Source of the DNA: the human T2T-CHM13v2.0 reference genome, Homo sapiens
Reading direction: 5' to 3' (one strand)
Assembly (NCBI RefSeq): GCF_009914755.1
Contig: NC_060927.1
DNA length: 64,000 bases
In this document: positions 57,880 to 64,000 of the stretch, in pieces
Numbering within the stretch: position 1 is the first letter of the stretch
How the letters are laid out: the number at the start of each line of letters is the position of its first letter
Notes under the pieces: model-generated
What the model saw: the letters and a program-made list of their open reading frames with translations, nothing else
Databases searched by the model: none
Told to the model about the DNA's origin: nothing
Made by a program: the position numbers and the translations under genes

Positions 57880-58496
57880 AAAATGTTTATACTGTTTTAC
57901 TATGTATGCCAGGAGGCAAGTACAAGAGCAGGCTTTTTTTCATATATTTTGTAAATAAATAAACAGAGATGTGAAGTTTTCCGAACTTTCAGCTATCACT
58001 GAAAGTCTCATACAAAGAAATACAAATATTTATGTACAAAGACCCTATCACGGTGTTTTCAATAGTAAGAAACTATAAATAATCTAAATCTCTAATGAAA
58101 ATTAATAAATAGAATAGTTACATAAAATGAAGTAAATATGTAAATAAAATATAATGTAAATACTAAAAATAAAGATTTTAAATTTTTTATAGAAAATACC
58201 AAACATACAAAAGTATGGAGAATAAACATATAAAGATCTCACATGTAGTCATCATTCAGCTTGAACAGATATCAACTAAACACTAGCTTATTTTTATTAT
58301 TCGCTTATCCATTGGCCTCCCCCTGCTTCCACCTTGATTATTTTGAAGGAAATCTCAAGCATCGTATTACTTCACCATAAATATGAATGTAAAGTTTTTG
58401 AAGTATTTATGATAAAAGCAGAACATTTTTTATAATATAACAAGAGAAAAAGCAAATTATAAAATGGCATATGAAATAGTATTTCAATTACTTTTA

Positions 58497-58497
<1 letters not shown>

Positions 58498-58538
<41 letters not shown>
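58498..58538 (+). repeat. (TG)n microsatellite
   Basis: Pure TG run. Confidence 0.97.
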
Positions 58539-58542
<4 letters not shown>

Positions 58543-58704
58543 AGTGGAAAAACAAATTTGTGGTAATAGACCAAAATTTTAAGATGGATTTATCAGACAG
58601 TTGAGAATTTATATTTGTTTGTATTTTTTCCAGTTTTTAATAATGAATATGCATTTTATGATTAACCCCAAATATTACTATAAAAATAAGTGGGTATGTA
58701 AATT

Positions 58705-59153
58705 TGATATGGTTTAAATGTATCCTGGAAAAGCTTATTTGTTAGAGGCTTGATCCCCACTGCGGCAGGGTTGAGAGGTGGAATATTTGGGAGGTGATTG
58801 GGTTATTGGGACTCTGCCCTCATGAATTTATTCATCCATTCATGGATTACTATATTAATGGGTTGATAGGTTAATGGGTTAATAGGTTAATGGGTTATAA
58901 CAGGAGTGGGTGAGTTATGAGAGTGAGTCTGTTGTATAGTCAGTTTGGTTGTCTCTCTAAGTTCCCTCACCATGGGATGCATTGTGCCATCTCAGGACTC
59001 TCCAGAGAGTCGCCACTGGCAGAAGATTCTCCAGAGACAGTCATGTGACATTGGAACTCTCAGCCTCCAGAACTGTAAGAAATAAATTTCTTTTCTTTAT
59101 AAATTATCCAATCTCTGGCATTCAGTTATAGCAGCAGCAAACAAGCTAAGACA
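58705..59153 (+). mobile_element. MSTD-like MaLR solo LTR
   Basis: TGATATGGTTT ... GCTAAGACA; TSD aaatt/aaact. Confidence 0.88.
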
Positions 59154-60007
59154 AAACTATACTTTAATAAAACTGTTAAAAATAAAATAAGTGGTTATCT
59201 TTTAGGTAATGCCATTCAATGAAGTTATAAATATGAGGAAATATTGTTAAAAGAGGAAGTGAGTTAAAAAATGTATAACTTTAGCTGTCATTTAAAAAGT
59301 GAATAAAAAATACTTTGTGTTTTTATAAATTAGCTCATGCTTCCTCCTTTTGGGGGATAACAGAATCTAAGGTAAATAACACAAAATCAGCTTCCCCATT
59401 ATAGATAAACTGTTCTTCAAAACTGGGGAATATATATATAAATTCATTTTAAGGCTACTATTGGCCCTTAATGCCATCAAAGACCACTAGATAAACATAT
59501 TGATCAAGTAAAGCTCAGTTAATTAGACTTACTACACTAAAGGAGAACATCAACATGTTTGAGATTGTCAATAAATTCTCTAAAGAAGGAAGTTACAGGA
59601 AGAAAAATATACAGGGCATTGGGTGGTTTTAAGGCAGATTTTGCAAGATGGAGCTGTTTGGGATTGGTCAGGGTTTGGAGCATAATAACTTTGGTTTGGT
59701 GGGCATGGCAAGGAAAGGGTCCAGAAATACGCTATTAGTCTTAAACACTAAGCTATTTTTGTTGTTTCATAGTTTTATCTTCTAGAGCATGTATTTACTG
59801 CAGCAAGTAGCTAAGTGACTTTTGCCTAGCTCCAGTTTTGTGTAGCACAGAAACAGGAAAATATCTTTGGTCCTTGAACTTTCTATCCCAGGAGCAGTAA
59901 AGTAAATTGGGTTCATTTCTTATTTTAAGAAGTTCAAAACGAATCCAAGGACAACACAATTGTGCTCCTCTAGTTTTTTTGTTCCATAAAACATTATAGT
60001 CTATCTC

Positions 60008-60156
60008 CTTTTAATTTTGTTTTAAAAATTTTATTAATAAAGACAGGGTATTTTTATGTTGCCCAAGCTGGTCTTGAACTCCTGGCCTCAAGTGATGCTC
60101 CCACCTTAGCCTCCTAAAGTGCTGAGATTACAGGTATAAGCCACCATGCCCAGACT
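60008..60156 (-). mobile_element. FLAM / Alu left monomer
   Basis: gttgcccaagctggtcttgaactcctggcctcaagtgat...gccaccatgcccag. Confidence 0.9.
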
Positions 60157-60189
60157 CTATTTCCTTTTTTAATAGTCAAACTCCCATCA

Positions 60190-60520
60190 TTTTATTCACT
60201 TAATCAATTGATCTCTTATGTTTGCAGCATTGTGCCAGGTGACAGGTACAAAAAGTTGAATGAGCATGATCTTGGATAAGACAAGCATGCAAAGAAATAC
60301 GCGCAAGAATTTGTAAGATGCTGTTGAAATATTATGCAGAGGGTACATAAAGCACAAGGAGGAAATAGTGAATTCTATTAGGATATGGGGTGGTTGGACA
60401 AGATTTTATACAGAAGCTAACCCTTGATCTGAGTTTCAAAGAATAAGGAGAAAGGGAAGGAGAGAACAGAATGGAATTGTAAATTAAAAAAAAACAAGTG
60501 TGAACGTTTGGGAAACTGCT
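60190..60520 (-). mobile_element. L2 fragment
   Basis: tttattcact...gcattgtgccaggtg; gatctgagtttcaaagaataagga. Confidence 0.5.
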
Positions 60521-63034
60521 AGCTAATCAGAACTACAATTTAAAAAATCTATAAGTATTACTTAGGAATATTTCACTCTTGCTTATGTTATGTTTTCTTT
60601 TCAGAATGTAGGTCTTATTTCTCTAATTAAACCGAAAGGATCTTGTGTATATAAAATGTCTTTTTATATACCTCATGTCACTTAGATCTGTGTCTACAGA
60701 ATGTGGAAAAAATACTTTGATTGGTAAATGATAACTGAGAAGAGTAGGAGAAAAAATATTGTGATCTGGACTACTTATTTTAACCAGTTTAACAAATGAC
60801 TGTTATTTATGAAAGATTTTCACTGGACAGAATATACTTAGGTGATTCCCACAGGAGTTCAATCAAGTATTTTCTCGTCAACTCTACAATTTATAATTGT
60901 TTCCAACATTCAGGGTCAGATTATTAATAACATTATTATTAATAACCAAACTCATAACAAGAGTACTTGCCTGATATTGATGCTCAGTAATTTTGTGTAA
61001 AAGAAATGGATGCGTATGCAAATCACATTCATATTACCAAGGGTGAAGAGAAGTCAGCTAGGCATTTTGGGGAAAGCTTTATTTTTTACATTAATAAAAC
61101 AGAACTCTGTGAGCTTTCCTCTCCTTCTTTCCAGTTTGTGATTCTGGTTTGTGATTTATAATGATAAATCTTATCCAAGAGCAAGGTAGGCTTTCCTTTT
61201 GAGCAAGTATGTTTCTGTCTTTCAGAAGCATTCTAAAACATTTCTTCACTTTCTTGCTAATTATTCTGTAGTTATACTACCTTTGCCTAGAAATACTACA
61301 TATGATCTCTTATATAATGTTTGAAAAATGGTTATTGCTTTTATTGAAGCATGTTTATGTTTATACCAGATCTCTTATAGTTTGTAGTGGTTTTGACTTT
61401 GAGTCTCTTTTACTTGAGTGTCTTGTTTTTTCAATCTCTACAATCCTATCATTTGAAAATAATGTTAATTTTGCTTCTTTTTCTGCAAGTTCGGTAACAT
61501 ACTTTTCTTTCTTTCTCTTATCCTTCCCCCACCCCTCCTCCTTCCCATCTTTCTTCTTCTCCTCCTTTCTCCTTCACTGCCTTTCTCCCCTTCTGTTTTT
61601 GTCTTAGAGTGTTAAAGTTAATTAGAAGCTGTTTATCATCTGTATCACCTGTATTCTTAAGCTTGATGCTAGATCTTTTAGTTATAAATGTATTTATAAA
61701 TAACCAGAAAATGTCCATCTTTTGCTATTTTATGAATGATTTTAATCCATAATGATTATTAACTTTTACCAAATGCTGTTTCAGCAACTACAGCAGTTAT
61801 GTATCAATATGGGTTCAGGCCTTATGCTGGTCTCTCCATGCTCTAAGGAAGAGAAACAACTCTAGTTTTAACTCTGTGTGAATGAGTAGATCTATTTCAA
61901 ATTGGGGGTAGGGGGATATTTAGAAATAGCATTGCTAGTCATAGGTTAGAAATTTACTTCTGACACATTTTATTTATTTGGATAATATCCTTTACTATGC
62001 TTTTTGAATAGAAGGCTTAATTCAATTTAATTTCCTTTGTGGGATGTGGGGATGTTACTGTAAGATATCTGACTTGGAAGAGTAGTAATAGAATCATCGT
62101 ATCCAACAGATATAGGCACTTTAGCATTGGTTTCTTCTATAACACAAAGGAGTTAGACAAAACAATCCCCAAAGCTCCTTTAGTCCTAACATTCTGTGAT
62201 GCTCCCGTGATAATTTAATTCAATTACCTCCTTTCACAGAGAAGGAAACTGAGTCCCAGAGAATAAACATTGGTCAAGACTATACATGGTACTTAACTGG
62301 CAGCATAAACAAACTGGAAGGCACAATGCTAAATTCACAGCTCGTTTCGTTGTTTCTTAGAGTGTGTTTCAGAGCCAGCCACTTAACTGAAGACAGGAAT
62401 TCCAAAATATTTATCTACCAAAGAGTTGGCTCAACTTTTCACCATAGCATGACTGAGTGAACATATTTGAGTTATCAGTTCTCCTATTTCATGACACAGG
62501 TATGCTACAATTTACAATTTTAATTTTTTTATTTAGGAAATTATAGATAAATAAGTAAATGTAGATCTTACTATTATTTCAAAATGTTCACATAAAAATC
62601 TGTGGAACTTGATTACTCTATTGCCAAATTAATAGACAACTAAATCTTAAATTAATTCCTAAGTTTACTATTCATTTCAATGGCGCATATAATATGTTCT
62701 TTTTATATCTGTAGACTAGATAACTTGTTTTCATAAAATCAAACCATAGGAAAGTCAATATTTCCTTTTCCCATCTTCTCTTTATGGCACAGTCAAGGAA
62801 GCATATCTATCTTTGATATATTTGCAAACATTTTGTGTTCAATATGGTCCAACATTTTCCTAAATTTAAAGTTAAGTATAACATAGTGCCAAAGCATACA
62901 TCTTTATTATCAGTAAATATATGTCAATAAATATTATCAATATTTGGCAATAATAACATTGTATTTATATTTTTCAAATTGATTTTACTTTACCATTTTA
63001 CTGTCACAGTATATTCTTTCCTTAGAAAGGGTGA

Positions 63035-63424
<390 letters not shown>

Positions 63425-63470
63425 CACTTTTTTTTTTTTTAATGCAAGTAGAGAAACAGCTCTCTAGTAA

Positions 63471-63475
<5 letters not shown>

Positions 63476-63505
<30 letters not shown>
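63476..63505 (+). repeat. (CA)n microsatellite
   Basis: Pure AC run. Confidence 0.97.
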
Positions 63506-63507
<2 letters not shown>

Positions 63508-63849
63508 AAAACCCTACTCGTCTTGGTTCTTAGCTTGGTGCTTCTTTCCTTTAGCCTCAGTGCAGAAAGCGCCATGTATTTGAATATTCAAGTCATTCAC
63601 CTTTTGTAACTGCTTGAGAGACAATACTAATGAAAAAATATGTTTCACGAGCCATGTTTTCACTCCTGAAACATTCAGTGTCATTTATTGCTTTCCAAGT
63701 GTGTGGTTTGAAGACACACACATATTTTCTTTAAAAATCTGTAGCTTTGCTGAAAATAAATCTGGCTCATAAAAATAAAGAAAAAACTATTATTTCTTGG
63801 CAGCTCTGAATGTATGGCTTTAATTTCAATAAGAGTACTATCTTAGATT

Positions 63850-64000
63850 ATTTATTTATTGATTATCTTGGTCGTTTAGTAAGAATTTTCTGAGCACCTG
63901 TATCTGCCTATTTTAGGTGAAGGGGATATGGCAGGAAAACAATTTCTGTTTTCATGGAGTTTACATTTTAGTTGAAGAAGATAGGCGATATATAAATAAA
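63850..64000 (-). mobile_element. L2 3' end
   Basis: tgagcacctgtatctgcc...ttcatggagtttacattttagt. Confidence 0.6.

Noticed and set aside
59440-59900. Possible additional old LTR
   Set aside because: LTR-like composition, but I could not fix the termini, TSD or family.

Overview
This is AT-rich, CpG-poor primate (catarrhine; probably ape or human) DNA with the character of an intron or intergenic region. I found no CpG island, no convincing host protein-coding exon, and no tRNA, rRNA or CRISPR array. The window is mostly interspersed repeats: a full-length but inactivated L1PA6-like LINE-1 (8805-14930, minus strand, 16-bp TSD), several truncated L1s, about 13 Alu/FLAM copies, ERV1/ERVL/MaLR solo LTRs, hAT and Tigger DNA-transposon fossils, L2, MIR and microsatellites. 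The long ORFs in the supplied track come from L1, Alu or low-complexity sequence. I cannot support a new multi-gene biological system here. The best leads are: a 54-bp-arm fold-back at 4942-5060; a MER41 LTR with twin GAS sites plus a perfect kappaB palindrome about 0.95 kb from an L1 promoter whose antisense ORF0 is still open; an E-box/RRE/D-box cluster at 45210-45429; a THE1 LTR with a DUX4 site just upstream of a small hydrophobic ORF; and several unusual retrotransposition or rearrangement junctions. Subfamily names are from my recall of consensus sequences, not from a search. Boundaries of old repeats are approximate.
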